From Trichodelitschia bisporula (lineage: Eukaryota), in the NCBI GenBank assembly GCA_010356995.1, contig ML996690.1, forward strand, positions 141,101 to 205,100: 64,000 nt of DNA, given 5' to 3'. Made by a program: the position numbers and the translations under genes. Positions 49,364 to 61,732 of this stretch are shown here, piece after piece; position 1 is the first letter of the stretch, and each line of letters opens with the position of its first letter. Below the pieces are notes generated by a model. The model made no database searches. It worked only from the letters and a program-made list of their open reading frames with translations, and was not told where the DNA came from.

Positions 49364-50694
49364 ATGCATCGTGCCTATTCTATTCGGCACCCGCGCGAGC
49401 AGTCCAAGGCCGAGCTCGAGAGCCCGCTGCCGCCGCCGGCGTCGACCAAGTCGGGCCGCTTGTTTAAGGGGAGCATCGGTGGGTCGTCTCGGGAGCAGCT
49501 CGGTACTTCTTGTGCGCCGTTTTGCGGCGGAGAAGACGAGCGCATTTGCGTGGTTCATGGCTGACGGCTGCAGGACACTCGTTTCGCCGCTCGACGGCGG
49601 GCGCGTTTGGGCCCGATCTGGCCAAGAAGCTCATGCAGCTGGTTAAGATGGAGAAGAACCTCATGCGCAGCATGGAGCAGGTTAGCCGCGAGCGCATGCA
49701 GGCTGCAGTACGTATCCGCGACAGCGTTATTGGCTATGCTGACTCTGGCAGCAACATCTCTCCATCTGGGGCGAGACGTGCGACGATGATGTCTCGGACG
49801 TTACGGATAAGCTAGGTGTCTTGCTATATGAGATTGGGCAGCTGGAGGACCAGTTCATCGACCGCTATGAGCAGTACCGCGTCACGCTGAAGAGCGTGCG
49901 CGATATCGAAGTCTCGGTGCAGCCGAGCCGCGACAGTACGTATACACAGACGGCAGATGGAATGCGCTGACGTCAACCCCAGGGAAGCAGAAGATTATGG
50001 ATCAACTGCATCACCTCAAGTACAAGGAGCCGAACTCGCCGAAGGTCATGATCCTAGAGCAGGAACTGGTGCGCGCCGAAGCGGAATCGCTGGTCGCCGA
50101 GGCACAGCTCTCCAACATCACTCGCAACAAGATCAAGCAGGCGTTTGAGTACCAGTTCGACGCGCTGAAGGAGCACAGCGAGAAGGTGGCCATCATCGCG
50201 GGGTACGGCAAGCACCTCCTGCAGCTGATCGACGACGTGCCCGTCACGCCCGGCGAGACGCGCGGCGCGTATGACGGCTACGACGCGAGCAAAGCGTAAG
50301 TAGCGACCGGGTGGTAAACAAACGTGGCTGACGTATCCGCAGCATCATCCAGGACTGCGAAGACGCGCTCACGAACTGGGTGCAGAAGAACGCCTCCGTC
50401 ACCACCAGCCTCTCAACCCGCGCACGCACCCTCTCCCAGCGCCGCAAGAACCGCATCGCCCAGCGCCACAACGAGGGTCACGATCTCTCGGGCCAAGACA
50501 AACCGCTCCGCAGCCCCGATTCGGATGAGTGGGAGCCGGAAAACACGCGCCAGCTCGAGGCCGCGGAGACACACAACGTGGAGGCGGATTCGGAGGACGA
50601 GGTCGAGGACGACTATGTCATCCGGTCCAACGGCGAAAACGGCGAGAAGCGCGGCAGAAGCCAGGAAAGGGCGGCTGTGGTTGCCGGGCACTAG
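49364..50694 (+). CDS. PIL1: Eisosome BAR-domain protein Pil1/Lsp1 family
   Basis: MHRAYSIR, GAFGPDLAKKL.QLVKMEKN, WG..CDDDVSDVTDKLGVL.YEIG, LEQELVRAEAESLVAEAQLSNITR and LIDD.PVTPGETR..YDGY; four introns. Paralog identity (PilA vs PilB) is uncertain. Confidence 0.93.
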
Positions 50695-52054
50695 GCCCTG
50701 GTCTTAAGTTGGCTGGGCTGAAATCTTCTAGAGGAACTGCTGGAGGCGGGAAATTCTTGACCAGGGGGGCTAGTGGGGCGTCTGGAGTTGGAATACCTAC
50801 TGAGGACGATACCTGCAGGGGCTGCACATTGCAATTCGACGGGGTTTTCATGCGGTCAGGCGCTACATGTTCGGGGATTCGCTTCCTTTTCTTCTACTTA
50901 CACTTTGATATCGTGTTGCGTTAAACTTTTTTGCTCTCCCTGTTTGAGGGAATCGGGCCTGAAGCTGTTGCCTAATGATGTGCTTCGTAATGCAGGTGAG
51001 GGATGGTGGGGGAAGGGAGAGCGAGTTGTCGCCTTCTACGGTAGCCGCGGTTAAGCGGTCATGCGTATGTTCCTGAGGGGACGGGGAGGTGAATCCTTCG
51101 ATAACATCAGAATGTTTCTGCCTGATCTTCATGGTCCTGATAGCCCAATGGGGCAATATTCAGCTCTGCGGAGCTCTGCGGGCTAGGGCAAGCTAAAGCT
51201 TGTACAGGCTTCGCTTGCAACCCTCGCCCCTCCTCTCCAAGTGCCTATTTTCAGCCAAACGGTCTACATACCTGCCTTGTCAAGTCAAGGGATTGCAAAA
51301 AGTCGGGAAAATTCATCTATGAGTCTACGGTTTCACCGCGAAAGAGCCGATCAAAAGCGCCTTACCGTATGCGCATTCCTGTCCCTCAGCGGAGTCATCT
51401 ACTGCCTCCCCCGAATGTACCGGGTCCTCAAGGCGCCCCAAGCCCGGACCTGCACCTCGCGCGCCTTTTCCGACCGCGACGTCCTCTACCACTTTTCACC
51501 CCACCATCTCCCCCCCACCTTCTCCTCCCCCGACCATGCTCAATATACCCGATAGATCCCGCGCCCAGCATCAGCCCTACCTGTCCCCCCCCCCCCCCCC
51601 AACAGCCCCCCCCCAGCTTCTCATGCCCTTTTCCCGTTGCCTTCCTCCCTAGCCGTGGCGTCGCGTGCAGCGAAGGCAAGGTCCAGGCCGCGAGGCCGCA
51701 GCTTGCCGGGACCGTGCCGGTGCGCATGCGCGCATGCATGGAGCGCGCAGCTGCGCTACTGTGTACCTACACACCGCCGGTGTCCGCTTCGGATTGGAAG
51801 GTGCGCGGATCCGCGCTGGGCTGCCTTCCGAGCCTCGCGCGGGCGCGGCTGACTGGTGGGGTGTTTTTTGGTGGACGGTACTTAGAGTGAGGGGGGGGCA
51901 GGTGTTTGTGAGGTGCTGGTTTTGAGATTTCTTTTGAGAGTGGATAGTTTGATTGTGGGATTTTTTGATAAGAGGGAGATTTAAGGAAGATTGATACGGA
52001 ATCTTGGATTGAATTGTGCTGACACCGGACGCGCGGATTGAATTGCGAGACACG

Positions 52055-55000
52055 ATGCTCGCCTGGGACCTCGGGCTTCAAATTGCGGTGGCGGCGGGAG
52101 TTGCTGTGTCTGCTGGGTTCGCGTCGACGAAATTGAGGAGAAGACCGTATGATGAGAAGGTTGATGGGCATCTTTACCAGGACAAGGACGGGATTGCGAG
52201 CGAGGAGAGTCAGCGAGCCTTTTCCGTCAAGGTGCAAAATGTGCTTGGGAGCTTGATCGTGCTGCTCGGCTTTGGGATCGCAGTTGCGGGCGTGCTCTAC
52301 GAGACGGCGGTGAGGCGGCATTTTGGCGGAGTGGAGGAGTGGGTTAGGTTGGGTGTTTGGGTGAGTTACCTCCGGTGTCGGCAGGGCCGCGGGAATCAGC
52401 CTTGCGCCGTGGAACTCGGAAGGGAGGGCAATGGCTGACAATTGTAGGCACTCCTCGCCCTCCAGCAGCTCTACGTGCTCCGCGCAAGAGATCCGCTCCA
52501 ACGCTTCGACCTCGCGCTCCTCGGCAGCGTGTCCTACCTCCTCGCCCTCGGCCCGTACGCCATCTCCTTCTACGCCCTCCTACACCATGAGCACAACCTA
52601 CGCTTCGGCGCCGCGACCAGCAGCCTCGCGCTCTGCATATCCGGCTTCTTGCTTAGCATCGCCTACCCGCGCAAACCGATCGTGTACAGCGGGGGCCGGC
52701 GCGTGGACGGCGAAATGGCCGCCAGCATGCTGGGGCGCGTTACGTTTGCGTGGCCTAGCTACATCATCGAGGCGTGTCGCGGGGGCAAGCAGTTCGAGTA
52801 CGAAGACTTGCCGGTGTTGGATCATAGGGTGAGGGCGCGGGATTTGTTCGATGCGTATGAGGCGACTGCCGGGGGAAGGACGGCGTTGTGGAGGCTGCTC
52901 AGGCATCATGCGCCGCAGTTTGGGTTGCAGTATTTTTTGACGGTTGTTGATGCGGTGCTTATGATTGGGCCGCAGATTGCGATGTATAATCTGCTGAGGA
53001 TATTGGAGGCGAGAGATGCGGGGGGGAGGGTGAGTACGGCGGGGGCATTGGTTTGGGTTTTTGCGTTGGCGGTGGGGATAGTTGTGGCGGGCTTTGTGAA
53101 TAATTGGTTCTGGTAGGTCTCTCACGGGTTTATACGCAGGCAAGGCTGACCGGACAGGTGGGTTGGCTATGGCATGCTCAATATCCCCCTCCGCGTACAG
53201 CTCGCGGCGCTCATCTTCACAAAGGCGATGCGGCGGAAGGACATCAAAGGCGTAGACCCGAAGAAGGAATCCACAACCGTCGAACCCGCCGACCTAGCCG
53301 AGGCGGATGGCACCGAGGAAGCGGTTCCTCCGGTCAAAGGCGACGACGGCGGCAAGAAGCCCGAAGCCAAAGCCGAAGACGACGACGCCAACGCCAGCAT
53401 GCAGAAGACGCGCCAGGGCGTCATCAACCTCATCGGCGTAGACGCAAAGCGCGTCGGCGACGCCGCCAACCTGAACAGCATGCTCCTCGGCGCCGCGTGT
53501 CGGCTCATCATGGCTCTGACCTTTGCGTACAAGCTGCTGGGCCTGCCGAGTCTGGCGGCTGGGTTGAGTCTGCAGCTTATTATCATTCCGCTGAATATCC
53601 ACTTTACGCGCCAGTATACGACGAAGCAGGACGAGGTTATGGCGGCGCGCGACCGGAAGCTGGCGGTGCTGAATGAGGCGCTGAGCGGGATTCGTCAGAT
53701 TAAGTTTGCGGCGTTGGAGGATGCGTGGGAGAACCGCATTATGGCGGTAAGGGAGAAGGAGCTTAAGGCTGTGTGGGGTGCGATGATGGCCGATGTGTGC
53801 CTCATGGCGGTTTGGATCGGTGGCCCTGTCCTGCTGTCTGCGGTCACGATCACGACGTACACGCTTCTGCACGGCGGGCTGCCGCCCAGCGTCGCCTTCA
53901 CTAGCATCTCGCTCTTCAGCCAGATCGAGAACGTCCTCGCCTGGATCCCGGAGATGACGACGAACCTCATGGATGCGTGGGTCAGCTTCAAGCGTATCAA
54001 TACCTACCTCGAGGGTCCCGAGCGCGGCGATGTCACGCAGAACGGCGAGACTATCGAAATGGTGGATGCGAGCATTGCGTGGCCTGCGGGCGAGCCTGAC
54101 CCCGAGGCGTTTACCCTCCGGCACGTCAATCTCGCCTTCCCGCCCGGCGAACTGAGCGTCGTATCCGGCCGCACGGGCTCGGGCAAGAGTCTGCTCCTCG
54201 CCGCCATCCTAGGCGAAGTCGAGGTTCTCGCCGGGAGTATTAAGGTTCCGCGGCCGCTGCCGGAGCACGAGCGGCACGACGACAAGGCCCATCCCGGGAA
54301 CTGGATTCTGGAGAGCGCGATCGCATACGTGGGCCAGCAGCCGTGGATCGAGAACGCGTCGTTCCGCGCCAATGTCACCTTTGGCCTGCCGCTGGATGAG
54401 AGCCGCTACCGGGCTGTCATCTCGGCGTGTGCGCTGGATGCGGATCTGGCTATCTTGCCCGACGGCGATTCGACGGAGATTGGGGCTAGTGGGATTAATC
54501 TCTCGGGTGGGCAGCGGTGGCGGATCACGCTTGCCCGCGCACTGTACTCGCGCGCTGGGATATTGATTCTGGATGATATTTTCTCGGCGGTGGATGCGCA
54601 TGTTGGGAAGCATATCTTCGAGCATGCGCTTACGGGCGATATCTGTGAGGGCCGAACGAGGGTGCTGGTTACGCACCATGTGGCGCTGTGTGCCCCGCGG
54701 ACGAAGTACGAGGTTCGGCTCGGGAACGGCACGGTGGAGTATGCGGGCTATGTGCAGCGGACCGAAGACGGCGAGCCCCAACCCGTGCTTACCGATGACA
54801 CCGAGGCCGAAGAAACCATAGCCGAGCGCGTGGCGCTCTTCCACGAAGCCGAGAACGGAGCGCCCAACGACACGGCGAATGGCACAACGAACGGTACGGC
54901 AAACGGCGAGAACGGAGCCACGAAGCCCCCGACCGCGGACATCATCGACGGGGCCCCGAAGGCGCCGCGCAAGTTCGTCGAGGAGGAGACGCGCGAGGAG

Positions 55001-56925
55001 GGCTGGATCCGCTGGCATGTGTACACGCGGTATCTCGATGCCTGCGGCGGCGTGCCCTTCTGGGTCGTCGTCATCGTCATCTTCAGCGGATACCAGTCCA
55101 TCGTGCTCGCACGCGTAAGTCCCCTCCATCCTTATCCCACCCTATCTTGCTGACCCCCAAGTCCTGGGTTCTCCGCCTCTGGACCCAGCAGTACAAAGCC
55201 GAGTCCTTCAGCGCCGCCTGGGCGCCCACAACGTCCACATTCATCATCTCCGCCCCCCTACGCACCACCGAATTCCCCGCCTCCCTTAAATTCTACCTCT
55301 CCCTATACACCGGCTTCGCCTCCGGAATGGTACTCACCGGCGCCCTCCGCTGGCTCTGGATCTTCTCCGGCTCCATCAAAGCCTCACGCCTCCTCTTCCG
55401 CTCCATGCTCCACGTCGTGCTGCGCGCCCCGCTCCGCTGGCTCGACACCGTCCCCGTCGGCCGCGTGCTTAACCGCTTCACCGCTGACTTCAACGTCACA
55501 GACATGAGCGTCGCGAACAGCCTCGCCGCCTGCGTCACCTACATCATGATGGTCATCGGCGTGTTCGCGGCGGGCATCATCGTTAGCCCCTGGATGGTGC
55601 TCTGCGCCGCGCTGCTCCTCCTCGTCTGCACGCACTACAGCTTGTACTACCTCAATGCCGCGCGCCAGATGAAGCGCCTCGAGTCCACCGCCAAATCCCC
55701 GATTTTTGACTTTTTTTCCGCGGCGCTGGCGGGCGTGACCACCATCCGCGCGTTTGACAAAACGCCCACCTTCACCAATGCTATGTTCACGCGCGTCGAT
55801 ATCCACGCCCGCGCGCTCTACTACCAATGGCTGCTAAACCGCTGGCTCGGGAGCCGCTTCGCCGTCGTCGGCGCGCTGTTCAGCTTCGTCGTCGCCACGC
55901 TCGTCGTCAGCCTCAAGGGCATGGACGCCGCACTGTCGGGCTTCGCCCTCGGCTTCACCCTGCACTACACCGAGGTTGTCTCTGCGTTGTTGCGTAATTT
56001 TGCGCAGGTAGAGCTCGGCATGAACGCCGCAGAGCGCATCCTCGAGTACACAGACCTCCCCACCGAACCCGATGCCGGCGCCGATCCCCCCGCCGCCTGG
56101 CCCAGCGGCGGCGAAGTCCACGTCCGCGACCTGGAAGTCGCCTACGCACCCGACCTGCCGCCCGTGCTTACGGGCTTGACGTTCAAAGTCGGCAAGGGCG
56201 AGCGCGTGGGCGTAGTCGGGCGGACGGGCGCCGGCAAAAGCTCGCTCACGCTCGCACTGTTCCGCTTCCTAGAGGCGCGGAAGGGAAGTATCGTGATCGA
56301 CGGGCTAGATATCGCGTCCATCCGGCTCGGGGTGCTGCGGTCCCGTTTGGCGATTATACCACAGGATCCGGTGTTGTTCTCGGGGACGGTGAGGAGTAAC
56401 CTCGATCCGTTTGAGAGGCATGGGGATGAGGAGCTGAGGGAGGCGCTGGTGCGGGTGCAGCTTGTGGGTGGGGAGGAGGGGAGTGGGGTTGCTACGCCGG
56501 TGGATGGGACGCAGACGCCGGGGAATACGAATGTGTTTGCTAGTCTTGGGAGTGCGATTAGTGAGGGGGGGCAGAATTTGAGTCAGGGCCAACGGCAACT
56601 CCTCTGCCTGGCGCGGGCCATCGTGGCGCGGCCGCAGCTTATGGTCCTTGATGAGGCGACGAGTGCGGTGGACAAGGTTACCGACGGGTTGATTCAGCGG
56701 AGTATACGGGAGGAGTTTGAGGGGAGTACGTTGCTTGTTATTGCGCATCGGTTGAGTACGATTGTGGATTTTGATAGGATTTTGGTTATGAGTGGGGGAC
56801 GGGCGGTGGAGTATGATTCTCCCAGGGTGCTTTTGGGGATTGAGGGGGGGGTGTTTAGGGGGATGGTGGAGAGTTCGGGGGAGGGGGAGGTGTTGAGGGA
56901 GATTATTATGAGGGGGAGGGAGTAG
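52055..56925 (+). CDS. ABCC/MRP-type ABC transporter (bile-acid transporter/Ybt1-like)
   Basis: N-terminal YQDKDGIASEES motif and two TMDs. NBD1 has GRTGSGKS, LSGGQ and LDDIFSAVD; NBD2 has GRTGAGKS, IIPQDPVLF, LSQGQRQLLCLARA and LDEATSAVD. Introns about 52361-52448, 53113-53157 and 55115-55161. Confidence 0.95.
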
Positions 56926-57095
56926 ATGGTGTTGATGGGATGTTGGTGGGCTGGGCCGCGATAAATTGGATACAGGTTGGGAAAAGCAAAATTAGTTCTA
57001 GTTCTAGCTATAGAGATGAAATCATGGAAAGTCATTGCAACCAGCCGTTTACACCTGTACTCAACAACGCCCTAGCAACAAATCAGCCCATTACA

Positions 57096-57551
57096 TCAAG
57101 AACTCGTTTCGGTTACAAGGTCCCCCGGCACCACCTTCCTAATCCTCTCATCAACAACGGGCGTCGCCAACGTCCCCTCGCACAGCACCTCGGTCGTGAC
57201 CCAGGCATCGTCCCAAGGGAGCCAGAGGGGAGCAGAGCCGCAGCCCGTGGTCTTATGCGGCACGTCTTGGTTCCAACGCTTGACGTGCAGGTCGCACCCC
57301 CCGCACTCGACGACCGCGGTGGAGGTCTTGGTTGTAAGGTATGTGAAACACGGCTTGTAGAAATCTTGGTTGCCGTTGTGGAGCACCGTGGTGGTGCATT
57401 TGGAGCCGTGTGTTTGGCAGGGGCCTGGGACGATGGTGTCGAGGTCGTTGATGCGAGTTCCAGTTGGAGTGGGGGCTGCGCAGCCTGCTTGGACGAGGGG
57501 GATGGCGAGGGATAGGAGGAAGGTGAGGGCCGTGAGAGTGAGGGAGTCCAT
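57096..57551 (-). CDS. Small secreted cysteine-rich protein (151 aa, 8 Cys)
   Basis: Signal peptide MDSLTLTALTFLLSLAIPLVQA, Thr-rich body with CTTTV...VECGGC, TATAAA at about 57729-57734 upstream. Confidence 0.75.
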   Translation of the reverse strand: MDSLTLTALTFLLSLAIPLVQAGCAAPTPTGTRINDLDTIVPGPCQTHGSKCTTTVLHNGNQDFYKPCFTYLTTKTSTAVVECGGCDLHVKRWNQDVPHKTTGCGSAPLWLPWDDAWVTTEVLCEGTLATPVVDERIRKVVPGDLVTETSS

Positions 57552-58687
57552 TGTGCTGGCTTTGTGGGGGCTAGTTGGAGTCTGATGGAGTTGGGGATGG
57601 GAGGCCTGGGTGAGACTTACTTGGTAGATGGTTGGCTTGGGATAATTGAAGTTGGTTGTGGGTGTCTAGGAAAGTTGAGGAGTGCTGCGAGTGAAGTGAG
57701 TTGAGTTCTGTAGAAGTTGACGGCAGCCTTTATACATGGCGAGACGGAACACGGCACTCTGGCCGTACCTGCGTACGTCGGCTTTTCGTGGATCTTTGGG
57801 TCGCTTCAGGGACTTGAACCCACTGGATTCGAAAGCCTATTATACACATAGATGAGAAAGCTAGTGTAGCGTAGCCTCCAAGTAGTAGCCCTAGAGAGGA
57901 ACATATGTGGCGTGTGTGCGGTGTATAGGCTGTAGCTTCTCAGATCTCGGTGTGGTGAAATGCCGATCCTAGGGAAGGTCACATTAGCGGTCCGCAACAC
58001 GTCTCCTCATAAGTTGAATGAAGAAAACCCGTTTCTGAAGCGTCATTAGTGTACGCACTCCAAGCGCTAGAGAGAAACAAACTTCCGTCCGATCATCACC
58101 AGATGGACACCATCAAGGTGCAATGGGTCCATCTCAACCATCACCAAGTTATCATGTAGTTGACATCGCTATTACCAACCGCCCTTGCAGGTACTACGTA
58201 TGCTTTCCCAGCAGAAGTGTCATAAGTAACAGCACCGTCCCAAATAATCAGCCGGACGCCGTCAGCGCAAATCTCAACTGTGCCAAATGATCATGGAGTT
58301 GACTTCGCCCTCCCTGCCCGCCGGGAGCTCCTTACCCATAGGGCTGAGCTAACACGAAAGCGGCGAAAAAGCAAGAGACACTCACAAGCCGGTGTTCTCG
58401 TCGGATCGAGACAAGTGGGTGCAATATTCGCCTTCGAGAACTGTAGCAAGATATCGTCTCAGGAATCACGGAACACTTTGCAGAAAGAACAAACAAACAC
58501 GAAAACGGTGGTTGAGTACGTAGCGTCGGATCCTGCCGAGTCCCCCAGACGATACCCGTACCCCCCTGCCCCACCGACAAACGTACGCGCCAAGACACGG
58601 CTAACTATTAACGCCACATCGCGAACCTCACCCTAACCCTAATCTACGGATGTACCCACCAGGCCGTCACCCTCCACGACCTCAGCC

Positions 58688-59672
58688 ATGGCCAACCTCC
58701 AATACACAAACATAACCCCCCACGCCTTCGACACCCTCCTCTCCCGCTACCCATCCCACATCGCCCCCCCCCTCGCCACCCTCGATGTCCACCGCTACAC
58801 CGCCATCCCCCGCCTCGTCGCGTCGCGCACGCCTCCGTACCTCAAGCACGTCGACCTGCTGCAATTAGTGACCTGGAAGCTGTAAGCTCACTGCCAGTGA
58901 TTCTACGAATAGCCGCGCTGAGTAGAGCAGGAAGCACGGCACGTTCCGCCCGCGGCTGCTGGCACTCGTGGAATCGAACGCTGCCGACGTGGTCGAGGAG
59001 ACGACGCGTAGGGCGTTTGGGGTGTATGCGGAGAGTAAGGATGCGGGTGGGGAGGCGTTGAAGATTCTTTGTGGGTTGAGGGGCGTGGGGCCGGCGACGG
59101 CGTCGCTGGTGTTGAGTGTGGGGGATCCGGTGGGGGGGGTGTTTTTTTCGGATGAGGTGTTTCGCTGGGTATGCTGGAGGGATTCAGGGGAGGGGGAATG
59201 GGAGAGGAAGATTAAGTATACGGCGGCTGAGTATCGGGTGCTGGCGAAGAGGGTGAAGGAGTTGAGGGAGAGGTTGGGGGGATTGGGGAGGGAGGTAAGG
59301 GCGGATGAGGTGGAGAGGGTGGCGTATGTGCTTGCGAGGATGGGGGTTGATCTTGATGCGGATGATGTCGATTTGACGGACTTGAAGGGAGAGGAGGAGG
59401 TGGTGGAGGAAGAAGAAGAGGAGATGAAGGAGGACAAGAAGATGGAAGAGGACAAGAAGGTGAAGGAGGATGAGAAGGTAAAAGTTGAAGTGAAAGCGGA
59501 TCAGAAGACAGAAGTCGCACCTGGTTCGAAGAAAGCGAAAGCAGTCAGCAAGAAAGGACCTGCTCCCAAGACGGAGCCTAAGAAGAGCGCAGCGAAGCCG
59601 AGGAAGCTGACAACGAAACGCTCACCGGAACCCCTGGAACCGAGGAACTTGAGGAAGAGAGTGAAGCGTTGA
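58688..59672 (+). CDS. Amun-like HhH (DNA glycosylase-fold) protein with basic C-terminal tail
   Basis: LV.WKL, intron about 58881-58930, then KHGTFRPRL..LV.SN, HhH motif L..LRGVGPATAS.VL, FFSDE and IKYT..EY; acidic then Lys-rich tail. Confidence 0.8.
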
Positions 59673-59861
59673 GCTCAACCGCACGATGACTGTAAAAGGT
59701 GTTGGGCATACTACGGGATCAAGTAAGGGCGTTTTGCTTTCGGGTTTGTGCACTGGTTTTTGAAGAGCGAGGTTTCGCATATGTACTGTACAAGTAGCTG
59801 AGAGGGGTGGGTCTCTATATTGGGCTAAGCATGACCGATGCTTTCGACGACACCGCGCTTC

Positions 59862-61621
59862 TCACTCTTCTTTTGTGACCTGAATGACTCTGACCCTCCG
59901 CTTCCCCACCCGCAGAACCAAAACATTCTTTTCCGGCATGACGTATTCGTCAGCGACCGTGTCCTGGGGCAGTTTTTTGATAGACAGATAGGCCCTGCCT
60001 TGCGTGTCATCGTCGGGGACAGAGCGCACATACGCCCCGCCAGACTTAATCAGTCTCTTCGCCGCGCCGAGGGACTTGACTGCGCCGGCACTGTGCAAAA
60101 CGGATGCGAAGGACTGACCAAAGACAGCAGAGCGGGGAAGGAAGATTGCGGGGGTTGAGCGTTTTGAGCCAGGTTCAGCGGTATTTTCAATTAGATCCGA
60201 GACGTTGAGAGTGTGCCGCTTTGCAAACAGTGCGCGGTGTTCGGCTTCGGCGGCTTCTGCGGCATGGGCGCCATGCGCGAGTTCGACGAATTGCCGCGCA
60301 AGTAGGTGTTGGGCTATGCGTTTACCAGGGTCGACGTTGTGGGCTTTAATGGTCTCCTGAATCGTTGGTAGTGGGAGAAAAGTAAAGAGTTTTAGGAGGC
60401 GCTCAACGTCAGCGTCGGGGGTAGATACAAAGTACTGTAGATGTGAGCAAGAGTCAGTGCGGTATCGGCAAACTCACTCCGTAGAGATCAAAGGAGCTAG
60501 TTAAGGCCGGATTCAACCAAACTGCGTTTCCAGCGCTTTTCCCGAACTTCTCACCGGATGAGGTGGTCAGTAATGGGACGGTAAAGCCCATCAGAGTTGC
60601 TTTGGCCTCGTCACCTCCGATTTCGGCGATCATTTCGCGTGCGCAGTAACCAGCGAGATCTATGCCGCTGACAATGTTTCCGTACTGGTCGGCACCACCT
60701 ATTTGGAGCTGTACGCCTCCATACTGGTACAGGTGCCACCAGTCCCATGCTTGAAGAATGGGATAGGTGAATTCTGAAAAGGCCATGCCATCTCCCTTCT
60801 CAATCCGATTCTTGACACTGGCAACGTTAGTCAACATCAGCTAGGCGGTTTAGCACGTACGTATCGCGGCTCAACATCGCTCCAAGGCGCGCTCTGGAGC
60901 CCATTTCACTTAGGAAGTCGATTATGTTAACCGAGCCGAGCCAGTCTCTGTTGTTGAGGACGACCCTTCTGATGGGACCTTGTTGCTGGAAGCCGTGCTT
61001 AGCTGCCAGCGCTTCAACTTTGACCCAGAGGTCTGCAAGTTGCTGATGCATTTCAATAGCATTCTTTTCGCGGGTTTCACGGGCCATCTCGTTGCGTGCC
61101 GTCAGTCGGTGAGATGGATCTCCGATAGCTGCGGTACCTCCGCCCATCTAAAGATGTCAGCCTCAGACTCTTCAACCGGCAGCAACCTACCAACGACACC
61201 GCGTAGTACCCATGCAAGTACATCCAAAAGAGAGCCATAAACGGCACCATGTGGCCGACGTGCAGGCTCTGGGCAGTGGGATCTATGCCGACGTACACAC
61301 CGACCCGCTTCTCTGTCAGAAGGGTTTCGAGATCATCACGGGTTCTGGGGAACTGTTAGCACAGTTCAAAAGATTGTTCCATTCCCAGTACCCAGCTATC
61401 TGATTGACATATCCACGCTCCTCAAGCACTCTCAAAACGCTTTTTCTCCGGCCCGCTTTGATTTCTTGTGCCAACGCTTTCCATTCCTCATCGACGTCGG
61501 ACGGCGAAAGTTGAGAGGCTTTGCGCCTTTGCACAATCGGCAGACCATAGCGCACTGAACAGCCTCGACTTACATATCGCGCCGCGAACCTCCCGCGCAG
61601 GAGTATTGGACTTGAAGCCAT
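59862..61621 (-). CDS. MSY1: Mitochondrial tyrosyl-tRNA synthetase (CYT-18/Msy1 type)
   Basis: YVGIDPTA.SLHVGH, GG.TA.IGDPS, EFTYPILQAWDW, QIGGADQYGNI, PLLT...GEKFGKSAGNAVWL and an S4-like C-terminus (AKRLIKSGGAYV...VLRVGK); four introns. Confidence 0.95.
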
Positions 61622-61732
61622 TGGAAAGAAAATGGGGTCTGATGCCAAGCGGCCGGGGAAGCCTAGGGATCTCCCAATCTCGCATCAAAAGAAACTTGGC
61701 GTGGTGGAGCTTGGACCCGATAACCCGGCACC

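Noticed and set aside
51241..51890. ORFs upstream of the ABC transporter as extra exons or genes
   Set aside because: Low-complexity poly-C sequence with no convincing splice link; the transporter has a family-typical N-terminus from ATG 52055.
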